From NCBI GenBank assembly GCA_030141605.1, contig JAQGDQ010000069.1, positions 1 through 64,000 on the forward strand: a stretch of 64,000 bases of DNA. Direction: 5' to 3'. This document shows, piece by piece, positions 1 through 14,800 of the stretch (the stretch's first letter is position 1; each line of letters begins with the position of its first letter). The stretch comes from Tubiluchus corallicola. Its lineage: Eukaryota; Animalia; Priapulida. Made by a program: the position numbers and the translations under genes. The notes beneath the pieces are model-generated. The model searched no databases and was not told the origin of the DNA. It saw nothing but the letters and a program-made list of their open reading frames with translations.

Positions 1-99
1 GTAGTAAATCTCCAGTAGTTATAATATAACTTTTGAGACAAATAGTTCTTCGACTGTAATTGCGACAAATTGCACATACATTAGATTGTCATCAACACC

Positions 100-2924
100 T
101 AAGTGACTCCACTGGCAAGTTTTCTTACTATAATATGTAATCCAGCATCCTTCCTTGTTATAGGCATGTTCCAATTAGCACGGTGATTAAATTTCAATGG
201 ATGATGTTCATAGTATCTATCTAATTTTGATTTAAATAAATTTACAGATATTGCTGTTCTCACATCACAGGGCAATCTATTCTAGATTTCTGGCATCGTA
301 CAAGAAAAATAGTCGTATTTACCAGTTTTGTGTGTAGTTGTTGATTTATGAAGAATAGGACCTGATCTTGCTGTACGATGTACTTCTAATTTAACAGGAC
401 AATCATCACAGCTGTAAACTCCAGATACATATTTGTATACATCAATTATTTGGCCACATAAACGTCTAAAAGCTAATGTAGTTAAACCTATTCGTTTTAA
501 CTGACTTTCATACGTCAAGTTCATTAGTTCCGGTAACATATTGAAAGCTCTCATTTGGACAGTTTCGACTGGGTCCACTATATATGCTCTAGGACTATTC
601 CAAATACTGCTTCCATACTCCACTTTTGATCGCACAAGTGCCACATATAGAAGTTTGAAAGTTTGCATATCTAGGTACTTGAAATTCCTCCTTATTAAAG
701 CATTGTTTCGTTTGGCATTCTTTATGATTTCTGCTATGTGATCTTTAAAATTTAGATTATTATCAAGTAATAATCCAAGGTCTTTCTCACTAGCACTAAA
801 GTCCAATTCTGCCGGAATGCCACTTGCATCATACATTTTGTATTTGTACTCATATCCTGGTCCCACAGATACAATCTGACACTTGTTGGGATGGAACTGC
901 ATACCATTTTCAACTGCCCAATCACAGAGCCCTTCTAGATCCAATTGAAGATCATTACAGCTGGTAAAAGAATCAGATTCAGACCAGATTTTGCTGTCGT
1001 CGGCAAAAAGACGAAGAGAATTTCTCACACATCTAGACAAGTCATTTATAAATATCACAAATAAACACGGACCTAATACCGAACCTTGCGGTACACCACT
1101 AGTAATCAAGGACTCAGTCGATTTGTAACCATCAACACACGTACATTGACTTCTATTTTCTAAGAAGTTTACTATCCACTGTAAAACTGGACCAGTTATA
1201 CCACAATTTTTAATTTTTGCAAACAGAAAGTGATGAGGTACAACATCAAATGCCTTTTTCAGGTACAGTAGTATTATATCAAAAGGCTTATTAGCATCTT
1301 TTAACTCAAACCATGCATTGTAACAGTTTTGTAACCGTTGTTCTACCCTTAACAAACCCATGTTGTTCTTCACAAATAATGTTGTATCTTATCAGATGGT
1401 TCATTATATGCTTCCGCATGATTTTTTCTGTCACCTTATTAATTGTATTTAGTAATCTAACTGGCCTGTAGTTCGATGGATCTGACTTGTCCCCTTTTTT
1501 ATAAATAGGAGTAACCTGTGCCACCTCCCATTGTCCAGGTAACTGACAATCAGCAAAAGACCTATCCAGTAAGGTGTATATAGGCTTAAAAAGCACAGTT
1601 CTACATTCATTTAAAATACGTGGATGGTAACTATCTGGAGCAGATTTGTTTACATTGAGATTTTGTAACTCATAAAGCACCTCTTCTTCAGTTATGGAGA
1701 CATTGTTGATATCAGGATATTGTTGCACTGTAGTTGCTTCATAGTCAGAAGCGTTGGGACTGAATACACTAATGAAAAAATCGTTCAAAATTTGTGCCTT
1801 CCCCTCTGAATCAGAAACAAGAATACCTTGGGAATTCTTCAGTGAATGAATTCTAGACTTTTGCTTCCGCAGTGCATTGATATACTGCCAGAATGCCTTG
1901 GGATTACTCCTGCAATTACTTGCTAAAATACGTTCATATCTTTTTCTCGCAGTAGTTATAAGGTTTTTCACCACATTACGCCTTGCAGCATACCGTTCAT
2001 AAGAGAGTTTTGTTCTTCGTCTCTTCCAGTCAAAAAACAACTTTTCTTTCTCCTTAATACAGCCAAACAACTGCTTAGTTAACCAAGGAGGCCGAGGTCG
2101 ACTACTCTTATTACAAGAAATTGGATAGAAACTAGGCACATATTCATCAACAACTGACATGTACACATTATGAAATTTTGTCCACATATCATCATGAGTA
2201 AGATTACTATTTAAAACATTAATCCAATCAACTTGGCTAAATGCATTACACATACTGCTGAAATTAACTTTGTTGAAACACATCTTCTGAGGTAGAATTT
2301 TGACTGGCAGTACATTTACATTCAAACTAAAATGCAAGCACACGTGGTCACTATTACCTAATGGTGAACTAGATCTCAAATATATTACCAAATCATCTTG
2401 CTCAGTAAAAACTAGATCAAGTAAAGATGGTTCATTGCCAATGCGATAGCGTGTTGCAAATTTCACGTGTTGAGATAACAAGTTCAGCTCAAAGCATTCT
2501 AAAAACTCATTTTCAACCGCTATGATATCAGGAGAATACATAAACTTTGATTCTCTTGAAGTTTAATTTTTACACCTACTGCACACTTAAAATATTTACA
2601 ATGTAGTTCAAAAAAGTCAATACTCTGATGAACGTATATAACTACACCACGGCCACAAGAGTTATAAATAGGTATATTATAACCCGGGATTGTTAACTCA
2701 GTTTTATCTATGTAATTTTCACCAGATTTAGAGTTCACTTCCGTAATTGCAACTACATGATAAAGCGTAGAATCCTGAAATAATTTTGTAATTAATTCCT
2801 GCCTCTTGTTTAAGAATTGATCTACATTAATGTTTTTCCCAGAATAAGTCTTAACTTTATTCCATGAGTTACAATATCTCTTCGGATGCTGTTTATTGCA
2901 ACCTAATTCTTTTTCTTTTTCCAT
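100..2924 (-). mobile_element. Decayed CR1-like non-LTR retrotransposon (APE endonuclease + reverse transcriptase ORF2, frameshifted)
   Basis: Three consecutive minus-strand ORFs (2924-2520, 2541-1306, 1373-282) give APE motifs (VVAITEV, GRGVVIYV, SLLDLVFT, SDHVCL) and RT motifs (QVTPIYKKGDKSDPSNYRPV, QHGFVKGR, KAFDVVPH, SGVPQGSVLGP, LFADDSK, EKDLG). Frameshifts near 1340 and 2530; the TAG at 282-284 replaces W in 'I*NRLP' and the frame continues (LFKSKLD) to ~100. Confidence 0.9.
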
Positions 2925-5860
2925 TCGTAGACAACTCCTCTTTATATCAATAAAGAACCACTGTAATTTACATCAAGAACTGTCTTCAAACAGCAATGTG
3001 TAAATTATCACTATCTTATCATGTTATATTTCATATTAATGTTTTTTAAGCGCTACCATATAACTGCATGCCACAAAAAATCGTGTTTTATAAACCGATT
3101 TTGTTTATTATACGTACTAAAAGTCATTTATATGTGTGTTTATGTTACCTACTTATGCGTTATTCTTATGCCTATACTTAACCCAATTATTTATTTGCTC
3201 TAATATGAATATAGAATTTGAGTAAATTATAAAGTTCCGGCATTAAAATAGGTCTATAGCTTGAAATGGTGACTATAGGCCTAGAGATGAGATGACGTAG
3301 GCCTACAGATTAGTCTATCACTAATGGCATAACCAGGTCGTTAACACTTTTGCTGCTGCTACTATTACTACCATAAAATTGTAGAATCAGATCTTCCAAA
3401 TTTGCCCCTATCCCCAAAACAAACTAAAGTGTCTCGAAAATGTTAAAGACAATAAAATTTGCTGTACATAGTTGCCTATCATCCGAGCAAAAATTTCTTT
3501 ACAGGTAGGTTCTTTGAGAACAGGCGGCCAATACCAATGTGCCAGTGACGATGATGTGTGGCAGGACTGCAATCTATAGTCGATCACAAAGATGAAGCAT
3601 TGAACCGACAGTAAGCATTTGGCAATGGAAGACATTAAAACGTCACGTTCTAAATTTGTTATCAACAAGTTTGCTTGCTGTGATGATGAAAATGTTGTAT
3701 CAAAGATTATATGAGAAAAACCTGCAAAACAGTAATAGACGTTAGAAGAGATATGCTGTTATCTCTTGTTCAGGATTACCAAACATACATGTTTATCCAC
3801 TACAAGCGAAAAATTTAATTTTTTTTCTTCCTTTGGCTCTAGGTCTTCATGATATTAATTTTAAATACGTAGTGGTTAAATTATTATTAAAAGATAGTCA
3901 TGTGTGTCTCTCCTTCCCATTATTGAACATCATTTTATTACAAACTAACACATTCGTCTAACAATTCAATTTTCATGTGTCTTAAATGCAAAATCTGATA
4001 ATTTTTAATTACCTGGTACATGCGCATTAATTAATTAATTATATTAGTAACAATTCTGAGAGGGTGGCTGACCTTGATAACTTATAGTTCTTTTGCCACC
4101 CTTTCACCACTAATCAATAATTACTTTTGCACTTTGTAATATTATTGCATGTTGTGCAGATTTATAAATCTCTTAGTTATGTATTTTGCTATTTTAAAAA
4201 TGGTGATAAACTAATAAACTTACTTACTTGCTAGGCTGAATAGTATTTTGCATCATTTTTAGTTTAGAGGACAGTTTTGCGTTTGCTAACAGGAGACATT
4301 TGTCAGCTACAAGAGAAGTACTTCAAGCTACAACAAAGATACCATTTGGAGACATGTCTGTGCAAGGCGGAGATGCATTGCCTCGTAAAAAGCAAGCAAA
4401 CTGAGCAAGAAACGTTCAGAAATCATATGTGTGATCCCACCATTCAGTTTTATTAAAAATGATCAACTTAAAAATTTATAAAGATCTGAACATTCATAAT
4501 TATAAAAATAGAAAATTTGAAACATAACACAATAAATGTAACTATTATGACTAATTGAACGATAAATAACAATGACTAGGTTAATTTATGTCAACCTAAC
4601 GTAAATATGGGTTACTTCCTAAACGTGAAAAAAAATTAACGAAAAGTTATGGTTGATTTTTAACAGTGACATCTGAACTTTATGCCCTATGCAGGTCATT
4701 TATACAAATATGGTCCCTAACCTGAAAACGAAGTATAAAAAAGCATGTATGCAATTATATTTACACTAAACAGTACATAATAAGCCCAAAAATGTGGGCT
4801 GTATTTTATCAGTCTGTGCAGTAAAGTTATTTAAACCAACATACAAACTGAACCACTAGCTATCAAACAATGGAATTAAGAGAAGTTTTAAACTATAGCG
4901 TACCACTAAGTAAGCCTAAAGGGCCACGGGAATTATAAATTACATCCCAAAAGAACTTTCCATACAAAGTTTTACATATATACTTTGGTTTATCTGATAG
5001 AAAAACTTACATAATTAAAAAAGAAATTTCTTACAAATTTAAAATGTACACGTTAACTGGTAAAGTGCTACTACGTCGCACTCCCAGTGTGCATCACTGG
5101 CCCCCAAAAAACACATTATTGATCTTGCTGATAATATAAAGTAATTTATACTTTTGCTAAATTACCGAAGAATGTGGTATGAATGCTTTGATTATTTTTT
5201 CAGACATTACGCAATGTTATCTAAACATGCTTCAAATGACTTACCATCAAAACGGCTGCACCTAATGGTCATGGGAAGTTTACTACTAACCTAAGCCCTG
5301 TATACACTGCAACAGCATGTAAATGACTAATTTTTTACAGATTTTTGGACAGACTTTTAAGCTTTGTTGATGAAGTGTTTTCTTGTGCTTTAAACAAACA
5401 AAAACATTGAAAAATTGCAATTTTTCCAGCAGTAATTAAAATCACTTGTAAAATGCAAATGCATTATTAGTAGCTATAATTATGTATACACAAATTGAAC
5501 TTCGGACTAATTGGTTGTAAAGGAATTCCTAATACATATTATGGGATATATGTTGCTCTTGCCGTTTTTCTTGTTCAGTCAAATACAAGATGTTGATTAA
5601 TCAAAAATTTAAAAAAAAAATCAATAAACTAATACATAACAGTCATAGTTAATCTTTTGGATTATCACCAGTTTATCAGTTACTTAAACTTATCCAGCTA
5701 AAGTAACCAGCAAATTTGTTTGTTTTTATAAGTTGCTGTCATTTTACGAAAAAAGTCTACTCTGTTTTATACTAGAATCGTCTTGCTTCAGCATGAACAT
5801 AATACACAATTATAGCACCAAAATGTGTTCATAACACATTTATTCGTAATATCACAATTA

Positions 5861-8800
5861 TTATAACTCTCCATGCTTATGCAAACTGGGCAACTTCAAC
5901 TCATCTGAATTCTTTATCACATGATAGTAAAAGTTGACGGCTTGCTCGTAGTTCTTAATGCTGATTCGTTCGTTGTTTCCATGGTAACGTGCAATGTCCT
6001 CTGGTCGATTGTATGCAGGCGTGAAGCGGTAGATCTGTTCGGTGAAGTTAAGATAATGGCGGGTGTCTGTGTTTGCAATCATTGTACCTGAAAAGGAAAA
6101 GAAGAATTAAGAAACCAAGAATATAATCTCTTTTTTGAACAAGTTTTAGCTGCAAATTGAAAAACTGAGTACTCGAGGTAAGACATGAATGGCATCCTGG
6201 AAAAAACCAATGAACTAAAATAGATTTCCAAAGTCATCTTTCTTTCTGTAACTGAATTCAGCCAGAGCTTTACATAAGTACAACAGAGGCAGCACAGTGC
6301 AGAACCACACAAGCATTCCCAATGTTGACAAAGTTCATGACAATGAAACAGTTAAACAACAGCCTGAGTAGAATGCAAAATGCTTGTCACAAAGTGAATC
6401 CAGCCATGTGGAAAGATATAAATTTATTATCACCCAAATATAACAATGAATATAGCTATAATCATTCTTAATTGTAACGTAACTGTGTGAGAATGATAAC
6501 TGTGACTGATAGACATAGTCAAATACTCATTAGATGACAGAATGCGCAAACACATATTATTTGCTGAATTAATTCCTCGTAGAGTAAAAATTGCACACAT
6601 AATTAAACTGCCCAATTATAAAATTTCCTATCAATATACATGTGCCAAATGCATCTAATATCGTCACCGTAGAATTTGAATTACCGGTTTCATTAAAGTT
6701 TGAAATAGGTCATTCTTCCAGAAAATATTGGTCCATTATTACTGCTATATATTTATCAACAATCTATAGCATTTATGCAAAGCCAATAAGAACATTCGTA
6801 TGGAAAAAAATCAAAAAGTGACAAGTTTGACTTAAAGTACCTGGAGCAACTGGAATCCCATCAAAAACTTGCTGAATGCTCTTCTTGATAACCTGAAAGC
6901 CGAACGTGTCTCCATCTGCTGGAGAAATTGGAGATGATTCCCTAGCTTCTATGACAGAAATCTGAATGCGAGGTTCATTCATTGTTTGTTTATCGATTTC
7001 TATAACCTACAATGCGCAGAACGAAAATGTTTCATAAACAATGTAGAAACAGTGCTAAAAACTTGCCAAACTATAGCCCAATGAGGGTTTAAAATCATCA
7101 GAGAAAAATTACTGCTAATGATCACTCCACATTTTTTTAAAAAAATTATAAATTCCAAAATTGTATATAGGAATTAAGTAATAAAAGGTGACATTGATAG
7201 AAGTTGTGTGCGAATAGCTGTGGTTTTATACACAAATGCGTGTTGCAAAAACAATCAATGAAAAACCCCATTCTTTTGGTTGTATTTTCTGCAAAAATGG
7301 AAAACAGCACGACGTATTTATATATTTTCCCCATGAGGTGGCACCACATTATAATTTATAAGATGAATTGAGCTAACACCATTAACAATGAATGTGTTAT
7401 AATGGATGAAATCAGTCTAAACATATTCAACAGTAGTACGAAAATTAAATAAATGTGGTAAAATATGTCTTAAGATAAATGTGAAGAGCCGAAGAGGCAC
7501 AAATTGCATGAAATGCGATACCGTGCTGCAGGTTAAAGCATGAGAAAATCCTTTACTTACATAAACCTGAAAATTTGTCTTGAAATTCTATACCACTTAT
7601 ATACTGCCTTTTTGCATGCAGGGCTTGCATCGGCCATAACGCTGTATAAAACTTCTAAATTTAACTCCCGCGATGACCGTTAGATGCAGCCATTTTGATG
7701 GTAGGTCATTTGAAACAAGTTTAGATAACATTGCGTGAAGTTTGAAAAAATAATCAGAGTAAAGTAAAGCACACACGTTACTAACTAAGTAAAGTTTTAA
7801 ATCACTGTATCATGTAAATAAGATTAAATATATGTTTTTGGCTAGTGAGTAGCGGCGCACCCTGGAGAGTGAGTCAGCGACATTTTACTATTTGGCACAA
7901 ACATTTTAAATTATTATTTCTAGTTACATAAGTCTTTCCAGCAAGCAAGCAAAATGCTACATAATATAGATTTGCATAGAAAGTTTTTTGGGACATAATT
8001 TAACATTGCCTTTCTTCCTATGATTTACGACTTCATAGTGACGTCATGTAATGGCGCCGTTGGAACAGTATTATGGGAGATTTAAATGAAAACAAAAATT
8101 CCTTCCAACACGATTATGATATATGCATAAAATTGCTGTAAAGTAGTACAATTTTTTAAGGCGAGTTTTCTGAAACCTACTTCAGGTGCTGGTTTTCTTG
8201 TACTTTAAGTAATGGTGGTGTTGATGCACACTATGACCCCAGTGTTACTTTGGAGAAAATTATTCAGACATGTAATGATTACAATGATTCTTTTTTTAAC
8301 ATATTAAAACATTAGAGATAGATTTTGGGTGTGATAGTTTAATAGTTGTGCTGCACAGTTCTAACTCATAAACCCTGTTCTGAAAATAAACTAAACCAAT
8401 GCTGTGAAAACGAATACAACATTTCACCGACCAATGACTCCATTACTTCAAAACTTTTCATACATGTTATACACCACTGTTTTAATATGTTAAAAAAAGA
8501 ATCATTGTAATCATTACATGTCTGAATAATTTTCTCCAAAGTAACAATGGGGTTCTGAAACCTACTTCAGGTGCTGTATTCAGAACAGGGTTTACGAGTT
8601 AGAACTGTGCAATACAACTATTAAACTATCACACCCAAAATCTATCTCTAATGTTTTAATATGCTAAAAAAAGAATCATTGTAATCATTACATGTCTGAA
8701 TAATTTTCTCCAAAGTAACACTGGGGTCATAGTGTGGATCAACACCACCATTACTTAAAGTACAAGAAAACCAGCACCTGAAGTAGGTTTCAGAACCCCA

Positions 8801-11800
8801 GTGTTACTTTGGAGAAAATTATTCAGACATGTAATGATTACAATGATTCTTTTTTTAACATATTAAAACAGAAAGTTTATTCTATATTTGGACAATGGTG
8901 TATAACATGTATGAAAAGTTTTGACATAATGGAGTCACTGATCGGCGAAATGTTGTATTCGTTTTCACAGCATCGGTTTAGTTTATTTTCAGAACAGGGT
9001 TTATGAGTTAGAACTGTGCAGCACAACTATTAAACTATCACACCCAAAATCTGTCTCTAATGACTTACGTCTTCTACGGTTTGAGCTGGATGGATACGAT
9101 GATTGATCGTTGCCCACGCACTTGATGGCAATACGTTCACCTTTACGCCACCGTGAATCATTGTCAGTGCCGTTGTCGTGCGAACAAGAGCATTCGATGT
9201 TCTTGTTTTAGCCAGTTGTCTACAAAAGTATCAAGCAATAATCAGTAATCAGTAATTAATATGTTAGTACAGTCTGTATGTCAATTTAATGATAAAATGT
9301 TGCTGTTACAGGAAATGTTTTCGGTTAAATTGTTAGCCATGGTATTCTAATTTATAATGTCAAATGTAATTCATTGACATATATCATTTGTAAATCGATT
9401 AACATCATTAATGTCATTGTTTAACAAAGTAAAGTACAATTAACATCAGTTTTTGTGAACTAAACTGATTTGCTATGTTAATCAAGAGCTATAAAACTGA
9501 TCTGATCTATCGATTACCTGGCTACAAGCGGTCCAAAAAGCCACAAATTTGACATGACTACTCGCAGAGGTGGCGACATCTATAACATAAATATACAGTT
9601 TCTCACACGTAAAAGACACTTTAACCTAACACTGCGAGATGCACAAAATGTAGGTATAAAAATCATAATACCCATTATAGTCTCAATGATAATATATTTT
9701 ATTAAGTTATTAATTACTAATTACTAATTATTATTAATCACCGTTATTAATATTATTAAGAACCTTTCAAACTAGTGGGCCTCATTAGCTGAATAGACTG
9801 TGCAGCTAACCTGAAATTAGGTTGTTTAAAAGCCAAAGAAATTCTCTGATAGTCTGACAAGCTACTCAGGTGAATCATGTAAAAATACTATTCATCTTAC
9901 CAACATTTGCAGTCTTAAAATACAATGATGAAGTAAGATATAAAGCAAACAAACCAAGGGTGATAAAGTCAGAAACAGCTCCTTCTCCTGCCCAAGTCCA
10001 AACATGCTTGGCTGAGGATTCTCTTCCAACCTAGAGAAAATGTCAGCAAAATCGGTGATTCACTTATTCACAACTAATTGCTAAAATGTGTTTTTTGGAA
10101 GAACGATCATATTCTGCTCATGAAAATTATAACATGTGCATAAAGAAAATGAAATACATGCGTAGTAGCTGACTATGCTCTTTACAATATTTAGTGAACT
10201 GGTTCATGTCAGAAGGGAGTGTAAAAGCTGAACAGTCACAGTGTGTGCTTAGCTACAAAGCTAAGCAATGCCTGGCTTGCTTGAAATGAATGGATGAGTG
10301 TGGGAAAATATTTTTAGGCAGTTACATCGAGAATATTGCTTCCGACCATTTACATTGATGAGGAAGGATGCATATACATTCAAACACCACTAACGCACAT
10401 GAGTTATCTACAAGGCTTTATTTCTGGGAATTATTCTTGATAATTAGGTTCCAGCCTTTCCACAACCATAACATGTTAGGTAAACCATACTACAGAGTGC
10501 ACAATAACAAATATAGTGACTACACATTGTTTGTGCAACTATATTAATTAATAATCATATACATACAACATAAGTCAAAATAAACAACAACATCACGTAT
10601 GCAGGTTACAAATGTAGACAATCTGGAAATGGTAGACATGCAAGATATGGGTAAAATGTTGAGAAAAATAATTGGCTAGTTTTTAAAAGTGATTTGGTTC
10701 CATGTTTAATGAAGCTAGAGCTGTCACATAAAGTTCAAGAAAATGACAAAGCTGAGGAACCTGATACTGAAGAAGTATCATGCGTGTTTGATCTTGCGTG
10801 TTTCAGTAACACTTATCGGTCTGAGTATGTAGACAAACCCGGAAATGACTACAGCTACGTCAGAAGCTAAAGGTACAAATCATGTAAGGACAAGACATGA
10901 AAAAATAAGAGCTAAAACTTGTGAAATTTCCAGAAAGCCGCATCAACACGAAGCGAAAGGACACAGATTTGAAAGGCCAAGAGAGGAAGCCTAGCATGTT
11001 TCAAGGAATGCCCCATCAAAGCGAGACGAATTAAATCATTCTTCAGAGAGGTCAAAGAAGTGAACAGTTAAAAGCTGAAACTTGTCGAATTTCCAAAAAG
11101 CAGTATCAACGTCAGGCAAAAGGACACAGAAGTGAAACGCCAAGAGCCAAAGCTTAGCGAGTTTCAAGGAATGCCGCATCAAAGTGAGACAAATTAAGTT
11201 ATTCTTCAGAGAGGTCAGAGAAGTGAAAAGTCAAAAGCTGAAACTTGTTGAGTTCCAAGGAAAGAAGCGTCAAAACGAGATGTGAGTGAGTTGTCCACAG
11301 TAGATGACCAACCTGCGACCAGCTTTGGCTAATATTCCGATAGCGGATGGAGGCCCTGGTGCAAACACATGTCCAGGCTTTGACCTTACTGTTAAATTCA
11401 GAGTCAGAATGCCTTTTTCAGCTGTGCCAATACTAATAAAAGTTTAATCACATAAATCAACATCTGCTATTAAATAATAAAACATGCATTAGCTAGCATT
11501 TATGTACACAAACTAATTGTAATTATACCATATTATACAATGATTATATAATTGTATTTAGCAATCTGTTCATACCATTTGATCCTACAGTTGTCTACAA
11601 ATAAGCTTTATAAATTTTGTTCTTCATTGTAGTTGAGTATTATATTTGTCATACATTTTATATTTTTAACTATTTGATGTAAGTTTGTTTTAATCACTTC
11701 TTTCATTATAAGCCTGTGTTTTCATCGGTATGAACATTTAGACCTTTTTCTTCGTTACCGATATTTTTTTTTAATTTGGATACTAACTCTTTACAACTTT

Positions 11801-14800
11801 ATATATGATGCTTTATTAATATGCTTTCACTGTTAATCAATAAATTCAATTCAATACACTCTGTCACTCAACTGCCATTCAACAAAGGAAAAGTAGGAGG
11901 TATACTTAATCTGTAGCGGATAGCCCTATAGGCTGAATAGGCTGAAGCCTAAGGCCTATAAAATCATAATCCGCCGCTGTACTTAATGCTTAAAGTTAGA
12001 GTACTTGAAAGACAGACAATTGGAAAGGATTAATATCATGCAAGCCTATTTTTCATTCAGTGTATTCATCAAACTTCACTGGATGTGACTGGTGGCAAAA
12101 AGCAATGACAGTCTGGATGCATGAATCACTGCAACCAACATTCTAACTAGCCCAAATAAACTGTTTGAAACACAAGTCACACTTTAGATGAGAAGCACAA
12201 AAGAAGCCTGCAGAAAAAAGCCATTCGTTTGGAATTATCATTGTGCAGCAGTGAGGAAACCTGATCTAAAACCTGGTTATTACAACTGTGTGCGTCAACA
12301 TGATACTTTCAACCATTTTATGCAAAGTGGAAACTACGCATGCCCTCTACAGTTAAAAACGACTGAAGCTTCTTTGAACTACAGTGAAAATTTTACAGGT
12401 TTTCATTTTCAGAAAAAAATATCAGGTTTTCAAAACTCTCAGTATTCAAGTGAAAATCATTCATCTGGCCAGTACAACTGCAGTAGATGAGAAGAGGCAC
12501 CTTCCCACTACACCCCACATATTTGAGTTCTTGTAGCACTCTCTGATGCAGTAGTTGGCCAATTGGGAAAAGGTCAGGCAAATGATAAAAAAAACACGTG
12601 TTGAGACTAAGTTTATCCTTGAAGTTCAAAAAACGTCTCACGGAGTCTTCTTAGAGGGATATACAGGTGACTGTTACTCATCGCATTTCCTTACAGTGCC
12701 ACTATCAGTTTGCTTGATGCGAAGAATTATAAGAAATTGTTGCTAATTATTATAAGAAGTTATCTTTACAGAGAGTGAAGCAAAAGTTCATATTTACCGT
12801 CCGATAGCTTTAGAAAGAATTCCTACAGCAGTTTCAGGTGGAGGTATAGAAGAGTGACCAGGAGCATCCCAGACAGAAAGATTCATAGACAAGTAGCCCT
12901 TCTCAGAAGAGCCGATGCTAAAGAGAAAACAAAAGCTTAGATTTTGCATGCCGAATAAGAATAAAGCTTCAGTTAATATGTTTTAAGTCGCTGCCACTGT
13001 ATTGCTGTTTGCTAATCTCTGCATGATTCCTGTTAGACCAAAAATTGGCAACATCAATGTTTTGTCAAAACTTTGGTATAAATTGATTTTCTTCAGATAC
13101 TCACATTTTGGAGGCTATTCACCAGCTTTGATATGTGAAAAACTTGATAATTTGCACACTTTCACTTTCAGATAACTTTAATGACCTTGAAACAGTTACC
13201 AGTAAACTGAGAACATGCCATGCATTTTTATTTAAGAGGTTATTCAATGCTGCACCCGGCATACCTGCCTGCTGGCTTCTGCAGATGCTGATATTTTGTA
13301 ATGAAAAGGTTTTTTACCGCATATATATTTTTTTTCTTAATAGTCGTTTGAAAAGTTTTACATTTTCGGCAAAACTGGAAACCAGGAATTTTAGAAGACA
13401 TCTCATCTCTAGACTCTACAAGTGGCAATCGGTGATGGACAATCTGCTTTCTACTGACATAGAAAATGCCAAAGAAAAACGTTTGGCAGCTACAGTTTAG
13501 ATGATAAGAGCATCAAAAACATACCTGAGGCATAAAATGACGAAATATCTACGCGACATCGCAAAACACATGCCAGCAACCACAAAAAGGCCACTCAACG
13601 TAAAGCATTTTTTACAAATTACACCTCTATCTTAACAAAATTCTACACATAATTTTCACATACTGACTTTAACACAAAGCAGAAAACTAAATTTCCTAAT
13701 GCAAAGTTTTCTATATGTTCAAACGTTTTCATCAATCGACGTACTATTTTAGTTCATTTAATTCTAACTTACATAGCGTAAGGACCTTCAATGCCCTTGA
13801 CAACACCATCGATGACTGTCATGCCCTCATCGAGAATGTACAGAAGTCTATCTACATGACGGGCTTTCAACACTTTAGCTATCTCTCCTGCTCCTTCGGT
13901 GCCTAACACCTACAACATGCACTAATGATAATTTATTAAAAATATTGCAGCAGTTTGTGTTTATATTTAAGCTAATGTTCTGATACCATTATAAATAAAA
14001 TAGCTATTGATTGCAGCACAGAACATAATAAACAGTTAACAGTGCACTGTGGACTGCTGTATTATGAATTAGAACTGTTTTCTACCCTATATTCTGCAAG
14101 ATGCTTTGAACTATATTACACAAAGCAAAACTACTGCTGGAATGACATGATGAAGTTGGTGTCAATGAAAATGATAGTACTCCTGATCATAGTGATGGAC
14201 ACTTTGGTGGCAGCAGTGAAAATTATGGGGTGTCAACTGATGGTGATACGGCAAACCTGATATCAAATAAACTTTGATATCTTTCATTGCAGTTATTAGT
14301 AGTCTATAGTATATTAGCAGTAGCAACTTTTCCTTTTCTTAAAATATTCCTCTATGCCAGCTACAATACAAATTGTGAGGCAGCAAAGAGGTTAATGTAA
14401 AACACAATGGTATGAATCTACTATTACTATACTGAAAACTGCAAAAGGTAACAAAATGAAATAAAGGACTGAATGTAGGTGAAATAATAGGAATTCTGAT
14501 ACCTCTTCATCGTGTCCAAAGGCAATATAAAACGTTCGAACTGGTCGAAATCCATTTGCTAGAAGAAACTCTAATGCTTCTAAAATTCCCTAGAGAAAAT
14601 ATGTCGATAAATCAAAAGGCGGCATATCCAGTAACAATCTCTTTTATATACTGAAAAGTACACATATATAAAGCTATATAATATACAAAAAGAATTATGT
14701 CAACATACAAAACATATCTCCTTTGCATCAATTGCTCCTCTCCCCCATACATGTTTGTCATCCACTTTACCAGAAAATGGGTCTACCTCCCAGTCTTCTA

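Noticed and set aside
4013-4027. ATGCGCATGTACCAG|GT as a first exon for the 3721-3408 ORF
   Set aside because: The phase-0 join hits TAA within five codons; the phases do not match.
11911-12750. Degenerate transposase-like sequence after a hAT-like terminal motif; ORFs 12188, 12393, 12555
   Set aside because: Too decayed to assign; no second TIR or diagnostic motif found.
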